Translations under genes and position numbers: made by a program
Notes under the pieces: model-generated
The model's input: only the letters and a program-made list of their open reading frames with translations
What the model was told of the DNA's origin: nothing
Database searches by the model: none
NCBI GenBank assembly: GCA_030141605.1
Contig: JAQGDQ010000228.1
Span: 124,001-188,000 of the forward strand
Direction of reading: 5' to 3'
Length of the DNA stretch: 64,000 nucleotides
DNA from: Tubiluchus corallicola
Taxonomy: Eukaryota > Animalia > Priapulida
Shown: one piece after another, positions 22,901-37,900 of the stretch
How the letters are laid out: every line of letters begins with the position of its first letter
Numbering within the stretch: position 1 is the stretch's first letter

Positions 22901-25900
22901 TGGAAAAAGTGCAATTTTGACTGCTTTGGTAGTTGGCCTTGGAGGCAAGGCAAATGTTACGAGTCGTGGATCTTCTGCAAAGGGTTTTGTCAAAACCGGA
23001 AAGCCGTAAGTTTGCTTCATCATAGTTATGACTTTGTTGAGCTTACCAGATGGGCTAAATGTGTACTAAGCATAAATGTAATTGTGTCAATCTCTCTCTC
23101 CCTCTCCTCCCTCTCCCTCTGTCTCTGTCTCTCTCCCCCCTCTCTCCTTAGTCCCTTTTTTCTTCTGTTTTCCCCTGTTTCTTTTTCTCTTTTTCTCACT
23201 CACTTTGAATTCCACTCTTTCTTTCATTTTCCCAGTTTTTTTGTTGTCTTTTGTCTTTGCATCTCTCTCTTTCTCACATACTTGACTTAACTGCCTTCAT
23301 TTTGATTTTGAATGTATTCAAGAATGCATCTGCTGGAGACAGAAGGCTTTTGTAAATTTTCTTACTTTTTCCAGAGCATTAGAACTAATCCTATACCATC
23401 CAACAAATATAATTTTTTTTATTTTAAAAGACTAGTGCTTAGGTTTCCTGAGTGCTAAAGTTATTGCAAAACAATCATGCTGGGAAGGTGACGCTCTCGC
23501 TTACCTTGTTCTGTTGTAGATCTTGTATGGTTAGTGTGAGGCTGATAAATAAGGGTGATGAAGCTTTTCGTCCCGACGAGTTTGGTGACCACATCACAGT
23601 GGAGCGAAGGTTGTACCCGGATGGTGCCAGTACGTACAAGATACGCAGTGAAACCGGTGACGTTGTTACTGCAAAAAGAGATGATTTGATGTTGCTTTTG
23701 GAGCACTTCAATATTCAAGTAGACAATCCTATATCTGTCTTGAATCAAGATACAAGCCGGAACTTCTTGAACAGTCGAGATCCTCAGGATAAGTATAAGG
23801 TGTGCGGAAAGTGCGTAAGCTTTTGAAAATGTTTGTATAAGAATTAATTAGAATTGACTGTCATAGTTTGCTCATCAGAATTGTGCCATCTGGCAATGCT
23901 CTGATGACAAATATTGCAAATGACTCTGATGTTCGGTACTCTTCAAAAATTTTTAGATTGTGGTTGTCCTTCTTATTTGGTGTGAGTAGCTTTTAATATT
24001 TTTTTGTTGTTGCTTGTAATTAGTAGAGTTAGTATTTTTGTTTTTGTGTATATGTAGTAATTTATCTTTTTTAGTGAATTATATGGCAATTTAATGCTGA
24101 AATAAAAGGTGAATTGAATTGAATTAAGTTACTGAGCATTCATATAAGCTCATGTATAATCATTTTTTCACATGAACTTATGTTTCTAAATCGTATTTTG
24201 TAAGGCCAGCGAAAATCATACAATGATTCAAAGTCTCAACATAAGTATTATGTACAGCATAAAAACTTGAAAAGCATTTTTTGTCTTACATCAGAAGCCT
24301 TTTACATGAAATCTGGACGGCATTTTTATGACCCCTTTTGCCTAATTTAAAACTAATAATTTAAACGATTTAGATCTGTGTGCATAAGATAATAATGGCA
24401 CAAGTGTTTAAGAACTGAAGAACATTGCCATTACGGAAAACGTTATTTAGTGCAGAAAAATAATATTAATTACAGATTTAGAAATAGATTATATATGTGC
24501 ATAGATTAGAAAAAACTGTGTTTGGAGGCATGTATGTAGGTCTTAATCAAACGTGCATTTTTTAGCAATGTAGGCCTTAATTGTGCACTTTTTAGCCTTG
24601 ATCTAGTTTTCTGTATTTTCTATAGCTCGCCCGCATTTGCGGTGTTTATGAAGAGCACTTTTTTAGTTATTTTTATAAAAAGCAAAAATGTAAATAAAAG
24701 TAACGCTCATAAAAGGCCCTGTTCTTGTTTTTAATAATTTTTAAAACGGTTTTTGTTACATACGACTTCTGCTTCATTTCAAAACTACACATCTTTGTCT
24801 TTTCTTCAGATTCTAAGGACAAATGCAGTTGATGTTTTTTAAGATGATTAAACATGTTGATCATTTGAACCACTGCAAAGTATAGCTGGGATAAAGATAT
24901 GTTATAAACACATTTTTGGTTTGTCAATATGATTCAATATTTATTTCACAGTTTTTTCTAAAAGCAACACAGTTGGAGCAACTAAAATGTGATTATAAAT
25001 TGGCGGACGAAGAGCGCAAGATAGCATCGGCAAGTTTTCTCAATAAAAAAGAGGTACGTATCTTTTATTTTTTGTATAGAGTTCTGTTTTGTGTTTTCAG
25101 TTTTGTTTGTCGTTGTTTTATAACCTCATATGCTGTATTCTTGAACATAGCATGCCTAGCCTAAAAACAGTTTTCATGTTTCTGTTTGAAGATTCCTTAT
25201 TGCTGCATTGTTACATTTAATACCATTTACAGCAGTAAACTAGCTGACTAGCTAAATGCTGACTATCATGTGGTAACAAATGTGTACGTAGATATAAATG
25301 AATTAGACATAAATGAGTATGGTGACTTGTAAATAAACTTACATATGCCTTCATTTGAGTAACTATAAAACCTTCAATATTTAATTTTGTTGGCGAATTT
25401 TAATAATAGTAATTTTTTTCAATAAACTTTATGTAATTTTAACTACCATTGACCGTTTTACAACTTTTTTGTTGAAATTTTTAATGTAAATTGTGAGTTA
25501 GAAACTACCGGAATGTAAAGATATTTCTGATCAGAATTTTTACAATTTTTCTAGTTATATTACTAATTTTGATTTGAATTTAAAAAAAGTAGAAAGGAAA
25601 TTTAGAAAATATTGGATACTGGAAATTTGGGATATTGGAAAATGTATATTTTTTTCCAAAAAAAACAGTTTAAGGTGAAGACAGTGCTACCAGTTTTAAA
25701 CAGGACTTTCAGACCTGCTTAAATATTCATAAACACTGGAAAGAGTTGCCTAAACAGATTTTAATGAAATTTCAGACTAATAATTGTAAAAACTTAGATA
25801 GTTTGTATAGCAATGTGTATAATTTGTCATAGTATTTTAAATTTCAAGTAGTAGGACATGATGGAACTACTGAAAACATTGTCAAGTGATAATAATAGTC

Positions 25901-28900
25901 ATCATCACATATTTTTGTTTATTTACAGACTATGACTGATCTGAAGAAGCAAGTACATGAATGGGAGAAGAAATATAATGCTGTGAAGTCTTTAGATAAC
26001 TTACGTGAACGTATTGAGAAGTTAAAGCATGAAATGGCTTGGGCTCAGGTTAATGAAAAAGAAAACGTGAGTGATATTTAGCTAAAAATATTTGTTTCTA
26101 GTTGCGCTAGTTTCCAGATGGTTATTTTAAGTTGCATAAAATTAACTTCAGGCTTTTGCCAAATAGTTCAGCATCAATTTTTTTATCAGTTATGCATAAA
26201 AGTGTATAAACATTTAATTTTATAAACATTGAAATTAGAGAATCATAAGTACAAATTTCTTGTTTTTCATTCATTCAAATTGAACAAGACTTAAAAAATG
26301 TTGACTTTTTCTATTTCATGGTTCAATATAATATTTTTTTTTACAAAATATGATCGCGTTTTCAGAAAATTGAGGTACGAGTGAACGATAAGTATTTTTA
26401 TATAGCTGTTCAGTGTAATTCCACAGTTTGTGGTGTGATGTATTTAAATGATTAGCAGTTGACATGATTGTACTTGCCTGCAAGGTCTCACGAAATTATA
26501 GGAGAGTTTAATTGAATGCTTGTAGCAACTTCTAATGTTTTTGAAGCTCAATAAACCAGATAGACATGAAACTATATGACACAGACTTGAAGCAGTCACG
26601 TAATGAAGTTAATAGATGGAAGAATGAGAATGATATGTCTAAGGTTCCCATTCTATGGCATCCACTCAGCATTTATCAATTCTTCAGTCTTGTTATGGTG
26701 TTGATTGACGTAAGACTGCTAAAATGATCAAGGTTTTATGTATTTGAACTGCAATTTTTTAATTACTAGACAACAGAGTCGATGGAAAAATCATTAAACC
26801 AAGCAGTGTCTCGCACGCCAAAGTTTATGCGACCCATAGAAGAGTGTGAGGTAAGTAAAAAAGTATAGTTTGATTATGTACATTGTTTAGGTTCCTGTCA
26901 TTATATTTACTGTAACTATCCAGCTACTATTAATCAACAGAAACCTGTTTGATCTTTGGTCAATAAGACACAGTTATTCAACCTTTTTGAGTAACAGATT
27001 TGCTAACATTAGATAGTTGGCCTTGTAAGACAACATGCTTTGTAAATTTGACAGCATCGTCGTTGCAGTCACACATGTTGCTTAAAATTGCAATTGAAAA
27101 TTGAAAGTTTATAGAGTTTCCTTATTGCTTGAGTTGAAAGTCGATCCCACTCTAGTTGGGTGTGCGTCAGAATATTTTGTCCTAGCAGATTGTTAACATT
27201 GTGGATAAAAATGACCTTCATGCATCAGTCAGAAAAACAGGCAGTTATATTTTCTTGTTTTAACATTTGCATTATTTTTTTCTAAATAAATCTCTGTAGG
27301 CAAAAATAAAAGACGAAGAGGAAAATAGAACTAAAATTCAAACTCAGCTGAATGACATCGCCCAGCAAGTGACAGATGTACAGCCTCAAGTTCGTGATGC
27401 AAAACAGAAACTTGATCAAGCCAAGAAGGATTACAGAAAAGCCCAGGTAACTGTGCTATAGAAATGGTCTCAGATTTGCACACTTCTGCTGCGATTTACG
27501 TAACTAAGCATTTGCAATTTTAGTGTACCATCGTAATTATTCAGTGTTTAGTATTGTTTGACGTCTGTAGTAACCTATGGCATTATTGTTGTGATTAGAT
27601 TATGAATCTAATTTATGAAAAACATACTTAAATATATTTTCATTTCCTTGATGGAAAATACTTGATTTGATGTTTTAGTTTGTATTTCACATACAAATTA
27701 CATATTTGGGCATATCTTTCAGATGCAGTCTTATATGTGAATTTGTTTTTTAGGCTATTCTGCACGTAATACGTCTGTAATTAGTCAGCCAGATGTGCTA
27801 AAATAAAATAAAAATGATTTTTTTTAAAGTCTAATCTTTTGCTGTATAATTCTGTTTTAATACGCTCAGTAGGTCCATCCTGTCCTAGGCTGGATTATGA
27901 CTTTTGGAACCTCTAGACTAAACCTCTGACGGAGCCACCCTCTAGCTCACCCGCACCCTTCTTGAATGTTTTTTTACTTATGATATGTTTTAGCAGCATT
28001 TACTTAGCTTAAACTAAACTTATTGCAAATTCTTTAAATAAAGTAGAATAGCTCTATCTTTTGCTGGGAAATAAAAATATTCTTTAAGAAATACTACTAC
28101 TTTATTATTTATTGCAAACCAAATTAGCATACATTAAAATAACAGTTAAGCAGATTTTTTACTAACTGTTAAGCACCAAAGTTTGAGGTGCCCTAGGCTG
28201 TATACGTTATCTTATAGTATAGGATAATGTGGCCCTGATCCTGTCCCTGGTTAGTTCACTTGTAGGTCTTTGACCTTCATTACAGCACTGTTGTGTTTTC
28301 AAAAACAGGATTGTTGGCATTGCTTTAGTTTTGCAGTAAGGTGAGTTTTCAACATGTACTTTTTGTTTATGCAGATGCAAGTGAAAGAATCAGAGAGAAC
28401 TGCCAAGGGATTAAAGAGTGATAAAAATGTAATAAAAACTCGCATCACAGAGATTAAAAACAGGTAACGCATATTTGGTTTTGCCTATAATTTAGTTAAC
28501 TATCTGGGTTTTCGATAGAATATCGTGTTTATTGCTAGGAAAATTTGCTTGGTTAAATTGCATACTTTGTGTGGCTAGACCGTGGTCAGTGGCAATTGTG
28601 CTGTGGAACCAATGAGCATTGAGTAATGTGATTTGCATATGTTGCAGTGCATTAGAAGAGAATAAATCTGAAAGGGAGGAAAGAGAAGTGAGACTTCGCG
28701 ATTTAACAACTGAAGTGCAGCAGCTAGAAAGTCAACAGCGAACAGTACAGAATGATAGTGATCAGTATCAAGGTGCCATTAATCAAAACAGGAGTGACTA
28801 TGCCAGACTGAAGTAAGTAAATTTTTGTTGCCAAGGTGTAGTGAAACTAATTACTTAATAAAAAAAACATTTATCTAACAGTGTAATAATGATTAGCAAA

Positions 28901-31900
28901 AATAATTATAGTTATATGATTGCAGCAATTAAATTATTTAATCTGGCAGACAGTAACACAAAAAATTAATTTTTGAAGCAAATTAGAAACATCATTTAAC
29001 GTAGTACAGCATTCATGTGCCTATTTTGGCAGTTTAAAAGGGAATCCTGTGTCGTATGTATTTTTCTGCACGCTTGTCATATCTGCTTAGCCTTTCAGAT
29101 AAGCATTGCAATTTTATTGAACATGAAAGTTGGAAGTAGTTTTAGTGTTCTGAAAGATGTGAAAAATTAAGCTTGTTTTTTGCGGGAACACCTTTGTTAT
29201 GTGAGTCATGGTGTTTATGGTGTTCATGGTGGTCAATGCCTTTGTGGTGCTTATATGGCGTAAATTTTGTGTTAGGAATGAAGGAGAATCTCTAACTGAA
29301 CAACTTCGCCAAATTCACGCTGACTTACGTGATCTGACAGGAAGTCGAACTGATAGGTACAGGTTATTTGGTCAAGAGATTCCTAGACTTGTAGCTGAAG
29401 TTAACAAGGCTCACCAACGCGGTGAATTTAAGGAGAAACCGCGCGGGCCCATTGGTAAGTGTGCAAAGACCTAAACTTAGTTTAATTCTGTTTTTGCAAG
29501 CCTCAAATACATTAGCTGCGCATGGATACATTGACAGGAACTTAGGATATTGACTCGGTGTTTATTTAAGTACAGGCAATCGTTTTGACGATGACTGTCA
29601 TTAAAGCCAAAGCGCATAAAGAAATCACTCACACGTAACGTGGCAAATAATTGCTTTAGATACATGAAAGAGCCAGTCTCTACGAATCAACATGGTGTTT
29701 ATTAAGCTCAGACGGACGTTTCAACACCAACTCAATTTATCAGTGCTAGAAATGAATCTAATACAAATAATTAATACATTTATGGCACTACAAACCAAGG
29801 CACAAAATATCATTGCAAAATCAAGAGTGAAATTGCCAGAATTCTGATTTGATTTTGTGCCTTGGTTCGTTGATTCCTAGAGGCTGACTCCTTCATGTAT
29901 CTATAGCAATTATTTGCCACGTCACGTTTCATTGATTATTTCTTTATGCAACCTGGAATCCAGCAATAAACTGTATTGGTATTTGTCGCACATCTTCATT
30001 TGCGATTCTTAATTTAGATCACTACTACTAATAATTAAACAGGTGTTGCCACCTACATTTAAAATTATTTATCATTGAACTGATAAATGTCAAGTTTAAT
30101 GTCAAGTCAAGCTCAGTGTCAAGTTTAATCCAGATTATGCCCTTGGTTTGCTGCTCAGTCATCTGTACTTGCTGGGCTTCCCATATATGGTAGTGTAGAT
30201 TGCTTTGCTAGTGAGTTTCACTAGTCAATCGGATAAGCTCAGTGGGTGCATGTGACTTGGGTAGCTCTGCCAAGGCCAGCCTGGACCTTTTTCTTCTTCT
30301 TGAGCATTGCTGTTGAGTGGTCACCATGTGTCTTCTTTCCTGTAAATAATAGTGTAATATGAAAATAGAAATAAAGTCTCTCGCAGTTCAGCACAATTTC
30401 ATAGTTTTGTTTCAACCACCAGAGAGAGGAATCAGCATTTGACTTCAGTGTAATATACTTCAAGCTCTCTACAAATTCAGTCCTTTTACGCTGTCAGCTA
30501 AAAGGTTTCTATAGTATTTGAGGCCAAAACTGGGATCTAATTCAGTGTCAATGATAACCCTGTGAAATGAGGCACTAAATCAGCAGGGGTGGCAAAGTAT
30601 GGTTTGTATATGTCTTTCCTCGAAGATATAAATAGAATCAGTGAAAATGAAACCGCCCAGGGCAAGTACTGAACCTTAGACAGTTACGAATCATTCACCG
30701 ACCACCCCTGGCTCAGCTTAATTTTGTTATGCATACGCCATGACCATTCGGCTTTTAAGCTTACTTTGTCTTAATTTAATATTCTGGTTCATCAGTTGCC
30801 TACTCAGGTTGAAAGGTGAATAATTTAACATACACATGCTTTTCTGTGTGTAAGGACTTTATTGTCCCAACACATACACAGTGCATGTAGTGTGAAGTGA
30901 GTAATTCTCACCTATATTTTTTAGGCTAATACAGAACTCTGCTTGTTTATGTTGTTAGTGTTTAGTACTATACATTTGGCATGTTTTATTTGATAATTTT
31001 CTACCATTTCCCAGTCCTGCAAGTTCTTTTTTCTGGTCTGAATAGACTTATGAAAAAATTTTTTTTACATGTTTCGTTTGTTTGGTGTTTTGTGTTATCA
31101 ATAAGTGTTTTCACAGTTTCAGCGATTGATGACGATTGTGAAAAGGCCAAAGGTTAACTGAACCAGGCAATGCATTTGTGTACATTTGACAACTACTCAC
31201 AGCCCATGCTATTGTAATAGTAACACTTTTAACGGCTAGCTAGAACCAAGCACCTAGTCCATTTTTTCTTGCTCCCAAGCAAGATCTTGCTAGCAAATAA
31301 CTCTACGCACATACTAATGCATAATTAAGTAAAGTCCAGGTAAAACAACTGAAGTTGCTGAACTGTTGTGGCAGACACTTTGCTTTACCCAAAATGTCAC
31401 ATGGCGCATTGCTGTGTTACACTTAACCATTGACCAACAGCAACTGCGCATACGCACAGCGAAACTGTGAACAGGTTTATTGATTTTGGTCTGTAATTAC
31501 CTTAATTTTGCTGTTCCTGGTATCCGTATTACTAGAGTGTAGTGTTTTTGTATAGGTGCTTATATAGACCTTAAAGATCAACATTGGGCGCTTGGGATTG
31601 AAAAAGCTCTTGGCGGCATCTTGTACTCGTGGTGTGTTGACAATCATCAAGACAGTCGTGTGTTGGAGCGCATTATGTCTACAGTTTTACGTCACAGACA
31701 TCCGTCCATCTTCACAGGCAAATTTAGAAATCAGCAGCATGACGTTAGCCGTTATGTACGTGAAATTTACTATAGTGAACTATGTATAATTTGCACACCT
31801 TGGAACCTTAAAATTTGTTCAAGTTTTGTGTAAGTACAAGTTAAACAATGTTCAATAAAAAAACGATATTAGGTCGCTCATCAACGCCAGACAGTACATT

Positions 31901-34900
31901 AGTAACACTACAGTAGTATAGTAACTGACAAAATGAGTCTTTAATTAGATATCAAACAACAATTTTTGTGAACAATCAATAGTATAATAATGGGTCCACC
32001 TCTATTATAGTCTGAGTAGCATGGTTAATATAATTCGGCAATAATAATATTGTGATCTACACTAAACCACTTTTATTAAGCCATGTTGTGTGCAACGTTC
32101 TGATAAGGTAATGCAAGAAATCTTATCATTTGTGCTGAAACTAGCAGTTAAAATCGTAATGTAGTGCGCGCTGTCACGTAGGACTTCGAGATAGGCGAGG
32201 TTGTTTCTTTGAGATTCTTAAGAATTGTACCGAGAATTCAGTTCGAGTTACACGATGTTTGGTATAAATGAAAAATCTGTTCCATGAGATCTGTTTGAAA
32301 AATCACAAGCACTCGTGTTATACGTAGTGTAGTGTGTTTTGTTTTTATAGTCAACTTATTGATGATAATTACATTTCTCTCAAATTTTTACACTTGCTAG
32401 TCCTTTGCCATAAGCAGTTTGCAATGTTTTGTTTTAGGCAGCTGTAAGCAAGCATCCTACTATATTGCAAATGTTATCTATTCAAGATCCTGTCATTGCC
32501 AACTGCCTTATTGACCAGGTGAGGTACCATTTCATAATGTATTACATTTGTGATATTATTTTGTAGTTTATTTGAATCGCTTTGCTTTTCTTAGCGATAA
32601 TTGACGCTTTCGATCATCTCGCTAAGTGATATTGAAAGAGTTTGACGGTACCAAGTAAGAGTGAAATTAATCATTCTATTATGAGTTTTGCAAAAAACTT
32701 TTCTTCTTTGTGACAGCATGTTCCATTTTTTGCCATTTAATTCAACAGTGTAAAATTTTTAGTGCTTGTTTCTCAAAAAGCAGAAAACATGATTTTCATT
32801 ATTCATTATCAACATAAAACAGTAGTAAGCCGATATGCAGTTGTGATTGCTTTTGCAACATCATAGCAAAATAGCAGTAAAGCCCACGTAATCTTTTGCA
32901 TTTGGTGTTGAACCAGTTATTTTTGTATGAAGCCACTATTTTTGCAAGAGAAAAATAACATGTTCGTGTATTATGCTTTGTGTGAAAAAGTTATTGGTAA
33001 CAGTACTAGTAACCGTGTTACTTTTCTTGTTTGTGGATATTGCATTAGTAGCTCCACTGAATATCTTTGTCATTAGTATTAAATTTTAAACTTGGTTAGT
33101 TCAAATGTTTCTAAATTTGCCAAGCTTCTATTGTTGAATGTTGATTAGCAAGAAAACATGGCTCTAGTAGATGTACTTTCGAATCACTCCTAGCTGTGAC
33201 TTTTAGGGATTGTATGTATTGTGCTTTGTTTAAATAGTAAAAGTAGCTTCACTAACCGCGTGTAGTAAAGGCTTCTATAAAGCTTGGCGCACATATTTAC
33301 ATTGCAAGAGGCTATGAAGTAACATCTAATTTACTGAGAAAGTAACATGTTACATTACATGTTATTGGAAAAAAATAGCATGTTACCAGTAGCTTATTAC
33401 TTGTAACATTTTATTACTCGATTCTAATTATATTTGCTTTCCTTTGCTAATGCAGAAATTTGTGTGCATTCCAGCGTGGAATTGAGTCTATCATACTCGT
33501 CAAAGATAACAGAGAAGCTCGGAATCTTTTGTTGCGGAATCCACCTAAAAACTGTAGAGAGGTATAAGTTTTTAAGGTTGTATAATGTTAGTTAAGTATT
33601 TAAGGATAAAAATTGCCACTTCCATAGCTTGTAGTGAGGTAACTTTACAGCCAACTAGCATTGTGGCTCCATAAAATGTATTTTAAGAAAATGTGATAAT
33701 TTTTTATGTTTGTGTAAGTGCAGATTGCGTAGTTTGTCACTGTTATTTCCATTAATACATATGCCTTTGCTGAAGCTTCTGTTATAACCAACCCTGTGGT
33801 GTTTTCAGGCATTTGCATAACAGTAGGTTTTCAATTCTGTTTGATTTTTTATTAAGCAGAAGTATTACAATGTATTGCCTTGTGCTTTTTCTAAAGTTCT
33901 TTCTGCAAGTCAAAAGGATTTATCTGTCACAAAGTATACTCGTTCACTCGTAAGAACTTCAGCATTTTGAGCAAAAAAACTAAATGAAGAAAAATATAGA
34001 ATTAATTAATTAACTCAAGGCAGTGGTTTTCTTACACTGGTATTTTCGTAAAATGTTTGAGGTATATCAGTTTCTTCACAGAATGTAATTTTGTAGCTAG
34101 CATTTATTTGGTTATGTGAATAATTTGACATTTACTTTCGTGAAAATACTATATTAATAATTTTTGTGCTACTTTTAAATTTCTATGGATTTTTAAACTA
34201 CTTTGGATAGGCTTGGATAACAGATTTCTATTTCTTGCAACTTGTGACTAAAATCACAACAAGCATTTTTAAATCAATTGTTGAAAAATTAGATTGCTTG
34301 CTAACATGCATGCTAAATTATTATCAGTTCTTTATATCTCTTGTGTACAGGCTTTTACTCTGGAAGGGGACCAAGTTTTAACTGGACGTACATTCCGCTA
34401 TTACTCCTGTGATGCTGCATTCAAGGCAAAGTACCTCAAGACTAACAAAGACGATGACATTCGGTGAGACTGTGTTTTCTGTTCCACGTTTTTCGTATAT
34501 GGAATTTTTATCGCTCAGGCGTAAACTTAACTTGTACTATAGCTGGTGTTTTAAAAGTATGTTCAGTTACTGAGTAAGAGTTTGTCCACAAGGTGAATGG
34601 TGTTATTGATTAGGTGTAAAGAAATTTGAAATTCAAATTTGTGAGGGACTTATGAAATGCCATATACAAGGTGCCTCAAAAGTCACTATACGCTTTGATA
34701 TCTAATTTTTTTTAAAATTTTTCTCTAATCTCGACAAGCTTTTATATTAATCAAAAGGGGCCTTTGGCAATTCTTTTTATTTGTTGTGTGACTGGAAACC
34801 AGTTGCTGTGGTGATGACAGTAATGTTAGAAATTAGGTACAAAATCAGCCTGGCAGAGGTCGTTCAATCACCAACTGAAGTTCAGTGGAAATTCAGAGCA

Positions 34901-37900
34901 CCATATGGACCACACTATTTTCTTACATTTAACAGTGCAGTTTTTCGACAATAAACAGCCCTTTCTTACAACTAACGGGCTGTAAGAGACCTTCTCAATG
35001 CAAGATGCCCGACTTGCCATTGGTGTTGTCTCTAAAGTTCTTGAGGTCCCTGAAAAAGGTAGTAAAATAGCAAATCCTATTAGTACAGTAGTTTTCTTTT
35101 AAAGATTTTTGTCTAATTTGACAGAATTAACCTAGAATAACCTAAAATAATTGCTGAAGGTTTTAGTTTGCCTGTACCAATTTATAAACATTTTGCTTTA
35201 ATTGTTTAAAAAAATGTAGAAAATGTAAAAGTTAAATTAGCTATGTTAAATTACAGGCAACACAAGGAATCCGAGAAACGGCTGCAGTTGCAGCAGAGAG
35301 AATATCAACAAAAGCTGCGACAACTTGAGCTGGATATGAAACAGCATAGGAATCAGAAGAATCGTGCTGATAATCAGGTTGGTCTATGTTAGTTTCACTT
35401 TATCTTTTTGTTACTGAGTTGCTTAATGAAGTGGCAGAGTTGTAGTTATGGGCGATTGTGAAATTATGTAATTCGATTATAATTTTGTTCTTGTAATTCG
35501 ATATCACGATTAATCTTTTGCGGTGATTTTTTAGTGTTTTAGCCATATTTTTCAAACATAGCAGTACTGAAATTAGCCTATAAGCTTCTTCATGGGTTTC
35601 GTCGCTGTCTACCATTTTCGTACTCGCAAACTATTTTTATAGACATACACGTTCATTAACTTCTCTATTACTATGTCAACTGCACACGTCACGTGAAAAC
35701 GAATAAGAGGGCTCAGTTTGTGACACTGTGATTTGCAATTGTGTGCATTGTGTAAGGTGAGAAAAACGAAGAAAACGCAAGAATTCAGTTTATTTGTGCT
35801 GAAACGCTGCTGTTTTATTCAGTGTGTGACACGTATATTTTGCTCTCGATTAATCTTGATTAACCGAATTACCGTTCAATCACTGATAATATCTATTTAT
35901 ACATGGTTGTAATCTTGATTAATTCGATTAATCTATCAGTCGCCCCTCACTACAGAGTTGCCACTCTGTGTACTCTCCATGTGTATTTTTTGACCACTTT
36001 GCGGAGAAATTAGTGTCTATGTTTTTTATCTTTTTTTACTATTTCATGCGATTTCATTAAATTAAATTAAATTTGACATGCTGTTTAATTATGAAGATAA
36101 AAGAAAAGTATTATTTTTTATTTTTTTCAACTTCTTTTTTGTTGTTGTTGTAGTTTTTATTTGTTATTTTTAACATTGCTACCTTTATCAGTGTTTCTTG
36201 CTATTATAAGGTAATAAGAATTCAGGAAGAATTGCGCAAGAAGCTTTCGGAAATTAATGAGTTAAAGAACATTGAAGAGCCTGCACCCATAGATGTTGCC
36301 ACACTGGTAAGTAAAGTATGTTTGTATCCGAAACAGCAAGGCGGTCTTAATAACATTATAGGCCTCTTGTGAAGCAGTGTACTGGGAGCCTTACCTACAC
36401 AGCCACTCAGGAATGTAAATGGTCTATAAAATTAAATATATATTTATTGTATTGGTATTTCCAAAAAACAGTCTTTAAATGTTAAAAACATGCTGTGCAA
36501 CAAAGATTAATTACCACAATTGTTTGAACAATATAACATGAGCTTTGAAACACACAAACATTTTCACACATACTCAATTCGCAAAGCATACAGACAGAGA
36601 TTGCATAGTACGAAATTACTATGAATTATTTGTTATTAATCAAATGTTCAACACAAACATTTGTGAATTTTTTTGTAGTGAATTGCTGTATAATTGGCTT
36701 AAAGCCAGTGGTCTTCAGAATGTCATTTTCCATACATACGAGTGAAAGGCAGTTCAAACGCTGCTGACCATTGTGCTATCAAGCTGTTTTTTTACAAGTT
36801 TCAGTCTTGAAAATGAACGTTTTCCTGCACAGTTGATCGTCATCTCGCACATGAACACTCCCAGTGCAATTTCAACATTGGAAAACACAGATTTCAAGTT
36901 GTCCGAAATTATTTTTCTGTACACGTGCAAAGAGATTCTCACAAGCACAATTCGTGTTTAGTATAGTGTACAGTATTTATTTTTGACGGCAACTCACAAC
37001 AACTCACAACACTCTACTCGTAGGACCCTCGGCAACTGCCAGGCGTGCCCATGTGTTGACAGCCCTGCCAAGCAGAATTGAGCCATTGGTAGTAAGGTTC
37101 TTAAAAATTAAAAAGAGTCGAAGTATATAGAAATTACTAAAATGCAGTACCTAAACATTAAACGAATGAATGCCTTTTAAAGCCTAAGATTTAACTGAGT
37201 AGAAATTCAGCTTTGATTGTTCTTCACAAAATAGTCTTGGAGCAAAAACTGAATGTTGATATGTCTGAAGTGGCACTTGTAATTAAGTGGCACCTACCGG
37301 TATGCGTTTTTAAGTAAATTAAACCTCTTTGAATTTCAGTCAGCTGTTCTTATATTTGGTTTCCTTTTCGTATACGTTATTATATGATGCGTAATATAAG
37401 GATATTTTGATGGAGTGTTTGAACAGTTTGTCTCTTGTGAAAAGCTGTTAAAATTTTTTTGCAAATAGAACTTTTACTTTTTTTCTGACACACTTACTAT
37501 GTTATTCTCTAGTTGTTAATGATATGTCAAGCAATTACTTTAAGTTTTAATATCCCAGGTGCTTTGTTAGTGATTTTTGTAGAATGACTTGATTATATTA
37601 ACGTTTCTTTTTCAAACTACGTTGTTTTAACTTCAATTGTGAAAATCGTTTTTGCAGGAAGAAGAGGTAGAAAGTATTGAACAGAAGCTGAAAGGCGTTG
37701 AAACCGAGCTCAAAGATGGAAAATCAGCGTTAGATACGGCAAAAACGAAGCAAGAGGAAGCTGAGCAAATATATAATGATTTGCAACAACAAAACAGCAA
37801 AATGATGGAGAATGTAGATCCACTGAAGGTACGTTAGCATGTGTCACAATATAAAACATGTAGGATTATATTAACACTTTAGTAGAAGCAGTGGGTATTA

